Made by a program: the position numbers and the translations under genes. DNA of 64,000 bases from the human T2T-CHM13v2.0 reference genome, Homo sapiens: the NCBI RefSeq assembly GCF_009914755.1, contig NC_060936.1, one strand, 5' to 3'. The stretch's first letter is position 1. The number at the start of each line of letters is the position of its first letter. Positions 38,678 through 55,677 of the stretch are shown here, piece after piece. The notes beneath the pieces were generated by a model. That model saw only the letters and a list, made by a program, of their open reading frames with translations, was not told where the DNA came from and made no database searches.

Positions 38678-39135
38678 TCACTGCAAACTCTGCTTCCCAG
38701 GTTCAAGTGCTTCTCCTGCCTCAGCCTCCCGAGTAGCTGGGATTGCAGGTGACTGCCGCCATGCCTGGCCAATTTTTCCGTTTTTAGTAAAGATGGAATT
38801 TTACCATGGTGGTCAGGTTGGTCCAGCTTGGACTTTTATTTCCACACAATATGATTCTTCACTCAATCTCTACACAACCTACAAGAAACTACTTCTATCT
38901 AACCACTGTCCTTATATATTTATATATAAAATATTTTAAGATAATGGTAAAGCTCATCTTAATTTTTGTGAATATGAAGAAATGTTTACTGAAACTAAAA
39001 AATTGCTAGGGAGAGGCCGGGTGCGGTGGCTCACGCCTGTAATCCTAGCACTTTGGGAGGCTGCGGCAGGTGGATTGCCTGAACTCAGGAGTTCAAGACC
39101 AGCCTGGGCAACACAGTGAAATCCCGTCTCTACTA

Positions 39136-39297
<162 letters not shown>

Positions 39298-41113
39298 CTA
39301 CAAAAAACAACAACAAAAAATTGCTAGGGAGAATGCTGAAACTTGAGTATTATTCTATTTAAAATATAAGAATTCTCCTATATTAAGATTTTTAACTCAG
39401 AAAATCCGTATATCTGAAAGACAACTTCAGTCAAAAAGTGTATCTTAATGAGGAATCCATTGAGAATTAAAGAGTTATTAGAAGAAAAAAACTTAAAAGG
39501 CACATGTAACAGAACAATTCAGAAACAAAATTATTTGGTCAACTGCAAAAGGTAACTTGTAATACTATAAATGTCTAACTTCCTCATACATGGGCTAAGT
39601 AAAGAAACCACTAGGCAACTTTTCAAAGTCTGTTTCACAAGTTGTATTTTTAAAGAATCATTGTTTGGAATTTTCTGTTTAGCCTGTATTAAAAGCAACT
39701 TGACATCTGTCGTCACAAAATATGAACATCTAATATAAGCCACCATTTATTATTTGACTCTCTTCCACAATAACATTGGTTCTGCTTCAGTTTGTGTTGA
39801 GACTGAGGGAGTCAGCTATCTACAAATGAGCATACTGTCCAAAACAGACATCACACATTATATAGAATATACAGTCTATGTAGCAGTGTTTCTCAACCTT
39901 TAATTCCATGACATTTTTGATAAAAATCCCATTCTCTTTAATATTAGAAATTTGAAAAAATGATTTACCTAATATACAATCATATTTAAATAGTTATTAA
40001 ATAAAACCTCTCCCTTGAAATTCTGAAAATCTTGAGATTTTCTGTAATAAAATATTCATGTATCGACTAAATAAATAACTTAGGTATGATATCATTATCA
40101 TATTTCTATTAAATGTTCAGCCTGAGCTACAAGTCATACCATAAAATGACAACAATTTTTAACTTTCTAATTCTCAAATACTTGTAACTTTACTTCTAAA
40201 TTCATGAACTGTACCAACATAATGAACACTTGTACAGGGCTACTCCTGTTTCTTCATTCTCCTTTCATGCTTAAATTCAATTTAAAAGCACTGAGCTGAG
40301 AAGTTACAGAATTTCAATAATTGTCTCTCTCATACTCAATTTAACATTGGCATCCCCGGTACCATCATGTATGATCAACAGTAGTGACTGCTAGGAAGGC
40401 ACTTTTTAAAAAACGTTTTGCATATATAAACTCATTTATTCCTCTCTATGATTAGGGTAATTTTGATGACAGATATGAATTAAGAACTAGGCCAAGATGA
40501 CTAGCCATTTTCAAAAAAAAATAAGAAAATATTTCTGGCTACTTTTCTTTTTTCCTGGGGCTCATGGAGATGGCTATTTTTCTAAGCTGGGAATTGAAAT
40601 ATTTATCCCAAAGGGGGGGAAAAAAACCAAGCACCTACTAATTAAACAGAGTCTTCTCTATGTTTACACACTAATTTTTAGTTTGTTTTGCCTAAGAATA
40701 AGATTAACCCATTATAACTATATTCATCATTATATAATTTTTACTTTTTTTCAAGCTATGGGGGGAAGTATAGAGAGGGAAGAAAAGAAATAGATGCTTT
40801 ATGTTATCAGTATTCCCAAAGGAACTGAAGGAGAGAAAAACAAGGCATGATAAGCAGTCATTGTTGTACCAGGAAATATTCTTTTTTAACAGGCAAGACC
40901 CATGCCTTTCCCCCATTTCTGGTTTATGAGATTATGTTTAATTTGGAAAAGCTCCCGGGTAAGGTTGACATAAGGCTTTAAAAGCATGAAGAGGCTGGGT
41001 GTGGTGGATCACACCTGTAATCCCAGCACTTTGGGAGGCCAAGGTGGGCAGATCACTTCAAGTCAGAAGTTCGAGATCAGCCTGGACAACATGGTGAAAC
41101 CCTGCTTCTACTA

Positions 41114-41343
<230 letters not shown>

Positions 41344-41428
41344 TCAAGGAAACAGAGTTTAAAAATCCACAAAAGTACATATTAATTTATTATAACACAT
41401 GATTCCTCCAATTAGCTTTATCCCATTA

Positions 41429-41692
<264 letters not shown>

Positions 41693-43712
41693 TTATACTT
41701 TTGGTAATTATTTACTGACTACCAGTTAGATTCTACAGGTAGAGAAAAGAAAAAAAAAACAAGATCTCTACCACAAAACTTAAAAATCATGGTAAGACAT
41801 ACACTAGAAAACAGCTAATAAACTAGATATTAATATGCAATCAAGAGCAAGTAAGTGCCCAATGTGCAGTAAATATTCTAGTTCATAGAAATGTAGAAAA
41901 GAACTTAGAACAGTAGTTTGAAAAACCCTAACTTATATATACAACAGATAAAAATGGCACTTCTCTGGAGGAGCAGTGGTGGTGGACCCAGAGTTCTGAG
42001 TATACCTGAGGCATTTATGAAGAACAGCTTCACTCTCACCCCACCTGGCTTCTCAGAACACAATTAGAAAAAATGACTGACTCACCCCAAGGTAAGAATT
42101 ATTTCTAATCATCTCAGACATAGAGTCATCCAGACTCTGAGGAGGCAACTTCTGCTATTGTTGCACAGTGAGAAAGTTCTTTTATACAGTGGGCTAAAAT
42201 CTGTGTTCATACCCCCCACCCTGCTTTATTCAGTTTCTCCCTCACTCAAAAAGAAAAAATATACTCATTCCTTCTTTTTCATAACAGTCCTTCAAATATT
42301 TATAGAAAGTTCACGGTTCCTAAGTCATGAGTTCAGTCAAACAAAGACATTAGCTGATATTTTGGAAGTATCAAGGAAAGTTTCAGGAAAGAGGCAAGCA
42401 AAATGCCAACTTTTTAATAAATGAAGAAAAGTGGGGAGATATTCCAGATGGGAAGGCATTGCCTGAGTCAACATTCAGATGGTAGGCTAAGCACAAGTTT
42501 ACTTATATATTCTCTCCTAAAACTCTACTAATATGGTGATTGAAAAAATTTTAGGCCGGGTGCAGTGGCACACACCTGTAATCTCAGTAATCTGGGAGGC
42601 TGAGGCAGGAGGATCACGTGAGCCTAGGAGTTCGACATCAGCCTGGGCAACATGGCAAAATGCCATCTCTACAAAAAATATAAAAATTAGCCAGGCATGG
42701 TGGCATGCGCCTGTAGTCCAGGTACTCAGGAGGCTGAGATGGGAGAATTCCTTGAGCCAGGGAGGTCAAGGCTGTAGTGAGCCAAGTTCACACTGCACTG
42801 CAGCCTGGGTGACAGAGTGAGACCCTGTCTCAGGAAAAAAAAAAGAAAGAAAGAAAAAGAAAATAATTTTGAAGGTATAAACCCATAAGGACAAAGAAGG
42901 CAGAAGAACAGAAGAGAGCAGGAAAGTGATATAAATTTTGGAAGCTGGAGAATAGATAGACCAGGGATAATGACACAGTAGCCCAGAGAAAGCTAAAGGC
43001 CTACAGCCAGTGAAGCTAACAATGAAATTAATTAGCTCAGAAAGTGGAAGCACCAGGTATTTTAGAATGGAACAAAGGTAGGAGTTATGTGGCTGGGGCT
43101 GAAAGAGGAGTACTAATTGAAAATATGTGTAAGAAATTACACAGCAATGTTCTCAGTATTTTTAAGCCTCATACTAAATACAAACAGCTAAGGATCACCA
43201 AATATTTAAAGAAAACCTCTATCTTTAAATTTGAAGCCCAAGACAAACACAACAAAGGAACTTGGAGAAAAAGACACAAAAGCAGAAGAAAACAAATAAA
43301 TACCAATTAAAAAAAAAACAAAAAACCTAAAGAATAGGCTGTCTTCAGAGGGGCAGAGCATTTGGAGAACAAAAAAGAGCCCTTGGAAATTAAAAACATG
43401 ATATCCAAAAATTTCAAAGAAAAATGCAACAAGAGGGTTGGGAGACAAATTTGAGAAGCTCTCCTCAGAAAGTATAACAAAAACACAAAGAGATGGATAA
43501 TAGGTGAGAAAAATACAGCTACAGTCAAGAAGGTTCAGCATAAAAATAAAAAGCTCCAAAATAGGAAAATGAAAAATAAATTATCAAAGAAACAACACAA
43601 GAAAACATTCCAGAATTTAAGGTGTAGACTTCTAGACAGAAAGGATCAACCTAGTAACCAGTTCAATGAGAAGGAAGGGAAGGGGAAGGGAAAGCACGAG
43701 CATAGATTTTAA

Positions 43713-43838
<126 letters not shown>

Positions 43839-45739
43839 TGAGTAGCTGGGATTACTCGCACCCGTCACCATGCCAGGCTAATTTTTGTATTTTTAGTAGA
43901 TATGGGGTTTCACCATGGTGGCCAGGCTGGCCTTGAACTCCTGACCTCATGATCTGCCCGCCTCAGCCTCCAAAAGTGCTGGGATTACAGGCGTGAGCCA
44001 CTGCACCTGGCCAATTAAAAAAATAAATCTTAAAACAAAACATTAGCATATCAAATCCAGCAATAAATAAAAAGAATGTACCATGCTAAATTTTATTTAT
44101 TCCAGCAAACTGAGAAAAGAAGTTAAATTCCTTAATTTGACAAAGGTTATCTACAGAAAAACCTTAGCAAAGAATACTTAATCACAAAGTATTGAATGCT
44201 TCCCCCAAGCTCAAGGGGAAAAGGACTAGAAAGGAAGAAGAAGGGAAAGAAGGGGAAGGAGAAGGGGAAAAGAAGGGAATGATGAGAAAGGGGAAGAGGA
44301 AAGGGCTGGGGGAGGGAGAGTGGAGAGAAAGAAAAAAGGAAAGAAGGGAGGAATCAAACAAAGGCACAGTATCAAATTCTAGGACATTGAGGGGAAAGAA
44401 CATGTTAAAAGCTTCTGGAGGAAAAAGGAAAAGGACAGCATACAAAGACTGAAATCACAGTCACATCAAACTTCCCAATGACACAAGATGCTCAAAGACA
44501 ATGGAGTTCTATTTTCGAAATTCTGAGAGAAAACAGCTATAAAACATGAAAGCAAATTATCAACCAAGTGTGAGGAGGAAAAAAAATTCAAACAAGATCA
44601 AGAATTTTAACCTTTTATGATGAGCCCCTTTCAAGAAGCTGCTAGAAAATGGTCTCTCTTAAGAAAACCAGAAGAAATGGAGTCCAGGAAATAGCAGGTT
44701 CAGCATCTGTATACTCCCAGGACAATGGAGAAATGAAGTTAGCCTAGAAACCAAGCAAATCCAGACTGCAGCAAGATGATGAAGAAACCCAGAGATGTGA
44801 TTTTAATTATGAAGACAAATAGATGGACTGCTTGATGCATATCCATTTATTGAAACAATATTTACATTACACAAGTATTAACTCTGCAGGGAGGAAAAAA
44901 GTTTTAGAAAGAAATGTACCTAACAGTAATATGTTCATAGCCATAAATAATAAGTAATTAAGTCTAGACTTAAAAAAATTATGGCACTAGTCACAGGTGG
45001 GTCCTTTCTATCTGCAAACTTGTGCCTCGAATTCTGGAAAGTTCATAACTATGCTGGGGAGGATGGAAAGAAAATTCACACGTGTATTTTGGCGACATAT
45101 GGTTTAAGATAGCAAAATCTTTATCTTCCAAAGGAAGTCAATGTTTAACGTCTAAAAGAGAAAAATCAAGAAATAGCATTTTTAAGCAAGTTTATTTTAA
45201 AATAAGTGAAAATAGTTGTGAATGCTTCTAAGCATGGGAACTGAGAGCAGCAGAGTAGAGCAGTAGGCTTGTTTTTTGTTACAAGCCAGGTAGAACAGTT
45301 TGATATCCATAATATTTACATGTATTACTTTAATGAAAATTAAAATTAAACAATAAAGAAGAATGATTTTTAAAGATTAGCTGGCGGTAATGAAAGGATG
45401 GTCTGAGGTAGACAACTGGGTAAAAAAGGAAGTCAATAGTGTCACTGCAGGCCCCCAGATATGGTAAGGACCTGATCTACTTTGATGCTGGTGAAAAATA
45501 AGTAAGCTACTGGAACCAACAAGGAAAAGATATGCTTATTTATTCAACAAACTAAGCATGCACTGGATGCAATTCGCTATAAAAGGCTATGTGGGTGGCT
45601 ACAAATACGAAATAGAAAAAGGTCCCAGGATGAAAGCATAATTATCTGTGAATACGTAAGAAAAAAAAAATCAACTTGACAGTAACCTTTTTCAGAGAAT
45701 AGAAAAAGAACAAACATTTCTTTTTATGTGGCCAACAAA

Positions 45740-47310
45740 GCCTTGATGGCAAAACACCAACAAATACCTGACAAGAAAAGAAAATTATAAGGTAATCCTT
45801 CTCATGAGCGTAGATTAAAAAAAATCTCAAAACATTAGCAAATCAAATCCAGCAATAAAAAAAAGAATAATATATCATGCTAGATTTTATTTATCCCAGT
45901 AAACTGGGGAAAGTAAGTAAATTCCTTAATTTGACAAAGGTTATCTACAGAAAAACCTTAGCAAAGAATACTTAATCACAAAAGTACTGAATGCTTCTCC
46001 AAGACCTAGAAAACAACAACAACAAAAAAGGATTCTATTATCATCCTATTCAACACTGTACTGGGGGACCCCAGCCAGTATAAGGAAAGAAAAAAACACA
46101 ACTCTCATTATTTGAAGAAACATGATTCTATAACATAAAAAATCCTAAAGATAAGTATACTTAGCATGGTCCTGTGGTACAAGCTAATATGCTAGAAGGA
46201 GAAAAAAAGAAATTGTATTTCCATATTCCAGGCACAATTAGAAAATAAAACATTAAGTTTAGAATAGTCTTTACCACTAGCGTTTAAAAGCACCAAATAA
46301 GAAGGAATAACAACTCTAATGAAAGATAGGCAAGACCTCTATGCTGAAAATTATAAAACATTAAGAGAAATTAAAGATCTAAATAAACAGGGAGATTTAC
46401 CATGATCATGGTTTAGAAGATTAATATTATAAAGATAATAATTCTCTCTAAACTATCAATTTAATGCAAACCCAATGAACATCTTAGTATGTGATTTTTT
46501 TTGGAAGGGGAAACTCACAAGCTGATTCTACAATGTACATGGAAATTGCGGTAGTTAACAATAGCCAAGGTAATCCTGAAAAAATACTGAAGACACAGAT
46601 GAATCTATTGCAGTTATAATAATTGACAGTATAATATAAGTAAAGGCAAAGTGACCAAGGGAACATCAGAGTCTAGAAACAAACACACACAAATACAGTC
46701 ACCTCATTTATGACCAAGGTGATACTACAGAGTAGTAGGGAAAGGACAGTCTTTCCAGTAAATGATGCTGAATCCAACAGTAATGTGGAAAAAAATGCAT
46801 TTTAACCCCTGCCTCACACTACACACCAAAATCAATTCCAGATGGATTACAGATCCCAATAAGAAAAGTTAAATGAAGAAATTTCAGGGAAAAAACTAAA
46901 GTATCTTTTTGTACCTTTGCAGAAGACAAACATTTCTTTCTTTTTTCTTATTGCTATACATTTATGTGGTACAAGTTTTTTTAACATGGATATATACTAT
47001 GTATCTATGATGTGTACAAGTGTGAAGTGTGAGCTTTTAGTGTAAAACCATAGTGTACGTTGTACGCATTAAGTAATTTCTCATCCCTCAACTCCCATGA
47101 AGATTTCTTAAACAACATAAAAGATGTTAACCGTAAAAAGAAAATTAATAAACTGTACTACATTAAAATTAGGACCTTTCTTTTCATCTAAAGATACTAC
47201 TGGGAGAATAAAAAAGGTAAATCACAAACTGGGAGATTTATGCAGTATATATCTTGACAAAGGATTCATATCTAGAATGTACAAAGAATTCCTATACAAC
47301 AATAAACTTT
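45740..47310 (+). mobile_element. Ancient L1M ORF2 remnants
   Basis: Degenerate RT and C-terminal L1 motifs (caaaacattagcaaatcaaatccagcaa, tatgaccaaggtg, cacaccaaaatcaattccagatggattacaga). Confidence 0.65.
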
Positions 47311-47823
47311 CAAGTTACCAGTTTTGGGTTATTTTTTGAGACAGGGTCTCGGCTTTATTGGCCAGGCTGGAGTGCAGTGGTGCAATCATGATCATGGCTC
47401 ATTGCAGCAGTGGGACAAAATTAATTGTAATGAATGAAACATTTTCATGAAGAGCTTTATCACAGACCTGCCTGCCAGGCATGGTGGCTCATGCCTGTAA
47501 TCCCAGAACTTTGGGAGGCCAAGGCAGGGGGATCACTTGAGCCCAGGAGTTTGAGACTAGCCTCAGCAACACAGCAAGACCCCCATCTCTACAAAAATAA
47601 AATTAGCCGGGTGTGGTGGTGTGTGCCCATAGTCCTAGCTACTCAGGAAGCTGAGGCAGGAGGACTGTTTGAGCTAGGGAGTTTGAGGCTGCAGCAAGCT
47701 ATAATCACACCACTGTACTCTAGCCTGGGTGACAGGGCAAAACCCTTTCTCAAACAAAAATAAAAACAAAAGATAGTTTAAAATATTGACATAAGTAACT
47801 AATGTACAAATGAGAGGTGATAT

Positions 47824-48290
47824 CCATGGAATACTATGCAACCATAAAAAAGGATAAGTTCATGTCCTTTGCAGAGACATGGATGAAGCTGGAAACCATC
47901 ATTCTCAGCAAACTATCACAAGGACAGAAAACCAAACACCACATGTTCTCACTCACAGGTGGGAATTAAACAATGAGATCACTTGGACACAGGGTGGGGA
48001 ACATCACACACTGGGGCCTGTCAGGGGGTGGGGGGCTAGGGGAGGGATAGCATTAGGAGAAATACCTAATGTAAATTACTAGTTAATGGGTGCAGCAAAC
48101 CAACAGGGCACATGTATACCTATGTATCAAACCTGCACATTGTGCACATGTATCCTAAAACTTATAATTAAAAAAAAAACTGCAATTACTTTTGCACCAA
48201 CCTAATACATTCAGATTGCAACAGAAGGTGAATTTTGGAAAAAACAATTATTCAAAAGACATAAATGCATTAGGTACCCAGAAAAAAAAA
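47824..48290 (+). mobile_element. 5'-truncated L1PA 3' end (47824-48179) plus a ~100-bp putative 3' transduction and second A tail
   Basis: L1PA 3'UTR with G-rich tract; 16-bp TSD aaat(g/t)agaggtgatat at 47808-47823 / 48288-48303. Confidence 0.85.
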
Positions 48291-50445
48291 TTAGAGGTGA
48301 TATAAGAGACAGAGGAGATCAGATGAGGGAAAGAATATACTATACCAGGCGTGTAACTATACATGCGTAAGTGTGTGCCTAACTGTCTGGAATCAGAGAA
48401 TACATAATGGAAGGGAGGCATTTGAACCTGAAGACATTAAAAAAAATGTGAAAAAAAGATTAAAATAATTATAAATGTATTCAAACATACAAAAATGTAC
48501 ATGATACAGGAGTAAGCAGTCTCAACATTTTAGTATGCTAATGCTCCAGACTTGAGATATATTTGCTTATTTCTTGAGGAAAATACTGACATGTATGTCT
48601 GTTTCTTTTCCCCTCTCCTCTCTCCCCTCCCTCCCTCCCTCCCTCCCCCTTCTCTCTTTCCCTCTCTCTCTTTGTTGAAGAACCTGAGATCTGAAGATCT
48701 GAGATCTGAGATCCCACATTTCTTTTTTCTTTTTCTTTTCTTTTTTTTTTTTTTTTTGAGACAGTCTCGTTCTCGTTCCATAACCCAGGCTGGAGTGCAG
48801 TGGCGCCGTCTTGACTCACTGCAACCACCGCCTCCCATGTTCAAGCGATTCTCCTGCCTCAGCCTGCCGAGTAGCTGAGATTACAGGTGCCCACCACCAT
48901 GCTTGGCTATTTTCTGTATTTTTAGTAGAGACAGCATTTTGCCATGTTGGCCAGGCTGGTCTCAAACTCCTGACCTCAGGTGATCCACCCTCTTCGGCCT
49001 CTCAAAGTGCTGAGATTACAAGCATGAGCCACCACACCTGGCCTGAGTTCCCACATTTCTTAACGGTATATATACATACACTGTGTATACACAGTGTATA
49101 TACTATACGGTTTCAAATTTTAAACAAAACTAGATCTTAAGAATTTTTCTGAAATTTAATTTTTAAAAATCATTCATGTTAGTGCACACAGATCTACCTT
49201 ATTCTTTTGAATGACTGTAATATTCCATACACTGATAGAATGTATTTCTCCATGAAGGACTATCACAAATAATGCTCAGCAAATACCCTTATACACTTAC
49301 ATCGGTCTTTCTCTAAGACAGCTATCTACAAAGGAAATCACCAGATCAAAGGGAATGCATATTTTAAATTTTGATTATTACTGGCAAATTGTCCTCTAAA
49401 AAGGCTCTATCAATTTCCACTTCCACCAAAGCACATGAGGGCATGTAATTTTCTACCATACTGGCCAATGCTAGGCAATAATCAACGTTAACATATTTTT
49501 GCCATGCTGACAGACACAAATAGTATATTTTAATTTCATTTACCTGATCACTAGGGAGGCCAACACAGACTATATGGACATCAGAAATTGGGGACAGAGG
49601 AGGTAATTATAATTACAGACATAAGATTGCAGAGAAATGTGAAAGTAAAAGTATATCTTAAGACGAACAAATAATTTAATTTGGTTAAAATACCAGAAAG
49701 GTAAACGCCACGATGAGGTTGTGAAAGGTGAATACTAACTTATACCAACTTAAGAGTACAACTAGACTTTTTTCCTACAGGTTATGAAACTACCCTGAAG
49801 ATTTTTTAAGTAAAGCAGTGACATTAAAACCATGCTTCAGAAAATTTAGGAGCCATGTGTAAACTTTCATGGAGAAAAACTGGCAGGGAGATCAACCAGA
49901 GGCTAGGATTTGGCCACAGATGACAAGAACATAAACTAGAGCAGAAGAGTTAGGAAAGGATGCATTAGAAATGTATTATTTACGCCGGGCGCGGTGGCTT
50001 ACGCCTGTAATCCCAGCACTTTGGGAGGCCGAGGCGGGTGGATCACAAGGTCAGGAGATCGAGACCATCCTGGCTAACACGGTGAAACCCTGTCTCTACT
50101 AAAAATAGAAAAAATTAGCTGGGCGCAGTGGCAGGTGCCTGTAGTCCCAGATACTCAGGAGGCTGAGGCAGGAGAATGGCGTGAACCCGGGAACTGCATT
50201 CCAGCCTGGGCGATAAAGCAAGACTCCGTCTCAAAAAAAAAGAAATATATTATTTACAGAACCAAGATCAAGAAAACTGGCAGGTAGTTAAGTAACAGAG
50301 GAGTAATCATGTTGACAGTTGAAGAAAAAGCTCTTCACCAACCAACCTGATGCTGACTACATTTAATGAATAAAACTGCCAAGAAATGTGCCAAAAACAA
50401 TACGATGCAAGAAAAACACAATAGATGAATCATCTTAAAAACTCA

Positions 50446-51220
<775 letters not shown>

Positions 51221-52016
51221 TTTTTAAAAGGTCATGGGACACTTTTACTACTTTTAATAGTAGCAACAAAGGTACACAGAAGTTATTAGGGAGCTTTCAT
51301 AGATTAACAGAATAGTGTTAGACATAGGCACACATATGTTTTCAGAATAATACGACAAATTAAAGATCAGTGACTAGAGAGACCTTAACACAAAATTTTA
51401 AATTCTTTCTAATTAATCTATTTAATAACTAAAAAGAAGTTACATATAAATCACTTCTTATATTTAACGTCTAGATTTCATCCTTTTCCTCTCTTTTGAA
51501 GTAAGCTACTTTACTTGCTGAATACCTTATCATTGACTCAGATACAACTGATTATTGAGTATTTATTAAATGCAAAGCTCTTTATTAAATGAAAGAAAGC
51601 ATACTAGTTCTCATCATAAAGAAAACTGATGTCTAGTGGTAAATACAAGACTAAAAAATAATTAAAAGTAACGTAAATTGGAAAGGACTAAGTATAACTT
51701 AGAGAGGCACAGATACAGAGTACTGAGTATTCAGGAGGGGGCAAAAATCACATCTGGCTGGGATGAGGTAGATCGAGGAAAACTTCCTGGAGGACGTGGC
51801 AGTTGAAATGGTCCTGGAGGTGTGGTTAAGACTTAGAATTAAAGCACTAGTGGCCCAGGAAAGAAAGTCTGGGCAGTGAAATCAGAGAAAGTGTAAGACA
51901 ACTGTTAAGATAATGCAGAAACAAACTGATAGAGAATATTGAATTGTTTGCTGGAGCACAGGACACTTAAAGGTAAATAAATAACAGGCTGAAAAAGAAG
52001 GGTGAGGAGAGTCTCA

Positions 52017-52265
<249 letters not shown>

Positions 52266-52617
52266 CTAGGGAAAAAAAGAAATACAGAGAAAATTAAACT
52301 CCAGGGGCAGATAACCCTGAGGCAATCAGTCACAATGCTTACACCTACATGGGCACACAGCTGAGAAGGCTCTCTCAAGTCTTAAGGAGTATTTCTTACT
52401 GATACCTTTTTTTATGGGTAATGTGCTTCTTTGTTAATACACATCTCAAATGTTCCTTGGGTTATCCTGCTGCTGAAAAAAAGAGCTGAGGTCAGATTAG
52501 TTGCTCCAAGAACCTGATAATGCCTTGATTAAGAGATGGGAGTGAGAAGGTGGCAACTATCTTCTCTAAACTGGAGACAACTGTGGCTAAAACCACACCC
52601 TAGAAATATCTCTAAAG

Positions 52618-52827
52618 CAGCGGATTGCAACTAGAGGCAATATTGCCCCGCCATGGGCATTTGGCAATGTATGAAGACATTTTTTACTGTCACGACTGTG
52701 GGAATACAACTGGTAACTAGCAGGCAGAGACCAGGGATGCTGTTAAACATCCTACAATATTCCGAGCAGCCCCCCACAACAAACAATTAATCCAGCCCAA
52801 AACGACCACAGTGCTTGAGAAACCCTG
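52618..52827. mobile_element. MER20 (hAT-Charlie MITE)
   Basis: cag...catttggcaatgtatgaagacattttt...gagaaaccctg; 8-bp TSD ctctaaag/ctctagag. Confidence 0.8.
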
Positions 52828-53875
52828 CTCTAGAGATAACAGCAACTAGTAAAGGCTACAAATCAAGTCATCTCCTTTTCTGATCCTCAAGTCTACACAT
52901 GCAATTTTTTTACAATAAAGTCAAGCAAAAAGAGAGGCTTTGTCCATTTGTGCCATCTGAACTGTATCTTACTGGTATCTCTGAAGTAACATATTCCTTA
53001 ATTTCTATCTATTAGTTATCAGCCCATCAGTCCTGGCCTATATGGTGGAAAGTGTGTCTGGAATACACAGCTATTACTATACCCTAAATGATCTCTCAGC
53101 AGCCCTAAATATATTACCTCCTTGGTCTTTATTTTAAGATGAGACATAGTGAAAAACGGTACTCTAACTTCCCTAAATTTTAATACATTCAAGATACAAC
53201 TTACGATCACTGCTATGAGGATGACAACAAGTAATTATTTATAGTATTATAATCCCAGTCTGACAGGGCTCGGCCACAGAAAGCAAGCAAAGAAGTATCG
53301 ATAGTGATGTGTAAATCCATAATTGGCATGTAAATGGGTAAGATTTATTGATAATATCCTCATTCCCATCCCACAGTCACCATATAATTATGACCAAAAA
53401 AACCCACTGGATTAATAACATGTTAGATGTTTTTAACCCTACTGAGATTGTGTTATATGTTTCATATCCTCTGAACCTTTTAAATAATAGTTAATTAGTA
53501 ATGTAACCGTTATTTATTGAGTTCCTGTTACATAACACATAAGAGCTATGTGCTTTGCATTCTTTTCAGCTAAAAAAGTTCCTAAGAATCCTAAGTGAGG
53601 GATAGAGCTGGAATCAGAACCAAGGCCTATTTCAAGGCTTCTAATACTCCATACAATAGAAATGTAAGGAAAAAGACTTCATAAAGAAACGTAGGGGGCA
53701 GTCACAAAGCCATTACCAACACAACAGCTTAAGTACGCCTAACAATTTTCATCATAATATCATCATCAAACAATTGCTTACTCAAAATATCGTCAGAAGG
53801 AAAAAATAAGCTACTAGGTCCAGAATTTCAGTTTCATACACACATACACACACACTTAAGCAGAGTCAAGACTTA

Positions 53876-54151
<276 letters not shown>

Positions 54152-55115
54152 TTAAAAGGAAGAAAAGAGAAAATCTGAAATCTAGTTACCCTACATCCTC
54201 TATCATCCAATGATTTGATCAGCCTGTTGTATGTATTTCATACAAAACAGACATAGATGTTGAAGAGCTAAGGCTGAGGACAAAATTCTTTGGCATGCCC
54301 TCAAAAACTCTCTTCAGAGTAACACTAATCAGCTCTCTGGTTACCAAATCAGTTATGAATTTACCTAATGACATAGCCACCTACCCTGTTTTTCTCCATC
54401 TTGTCCACAGAGATACCACAGAAAACTTCATTTCCATCAGGTATTTGATATACAAAATTCTCCTGGTCTACCAAGTGAATAACCCTTAACCTATTCTGTC
54501 TGGTGGGTGGCAGGAAGCCTGGGCTTTTATAAATTAAAGCAGAAACTTCTAGACTGATTTTACACTTGACAGGGCAAGACCCATCTAAGGAAAAAAAAAA
54601 AAAAAAGAAGGCTGATTTTTAGTCTCAGCCTTCTCATTTGATCTTAAGTCACTGAGCCTCTCTAGGCCAAAGTTTACTCAGCGGTAAAATAAAAGTCATA
54701 GTCATCTTGTCCCTCTCACTGAGTTGCTACAAGAATTTTACAACGTATATGAAAATACTTTAGAAACTGTAAGGCACTATATAAATGTAAATTTTTAATG
54801 TTTTTAATAACTTAAAAATTATTTATAAAAAATTAATAGAGATGGGGTCTCGCCATGTTGCCCAAGCTGGTCTCGAACTCCTGGGCTCAAGCAATCCTCC
54901 CACCTTGGCCTCCCAAACTGCTGGGAATACAGGCAGAGCCACTGTGCCCACCCATAAATTTAAAATAATTATTTATTACCAGTAGTGGCAGTAATAAACT
55001 TGGTATTAACAGGCACTGAAACCTTAATGGATTGCAGATACTATTTTGTTGTTTATGTGAGGACGGCATGGAAAGAGAGCAGGTAAAAATTACAAAAATA
55101 ATAATAGATGCTTTA

Positions 55116-55677
<562 letters not shown>

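Noticed and set aside
42078-42100. Back-to-back consensus donors on both strands (actcacc / aaggtaag) in intron 15
   Set aside because: No convincing matching acceptor at exon distance
44182-44452. Lys/Glu/Gly-rich ORF and its Phe/Ser/Pro-rich antisense partner
   Set aside because: Artefact of a polypurine low-complexity tract
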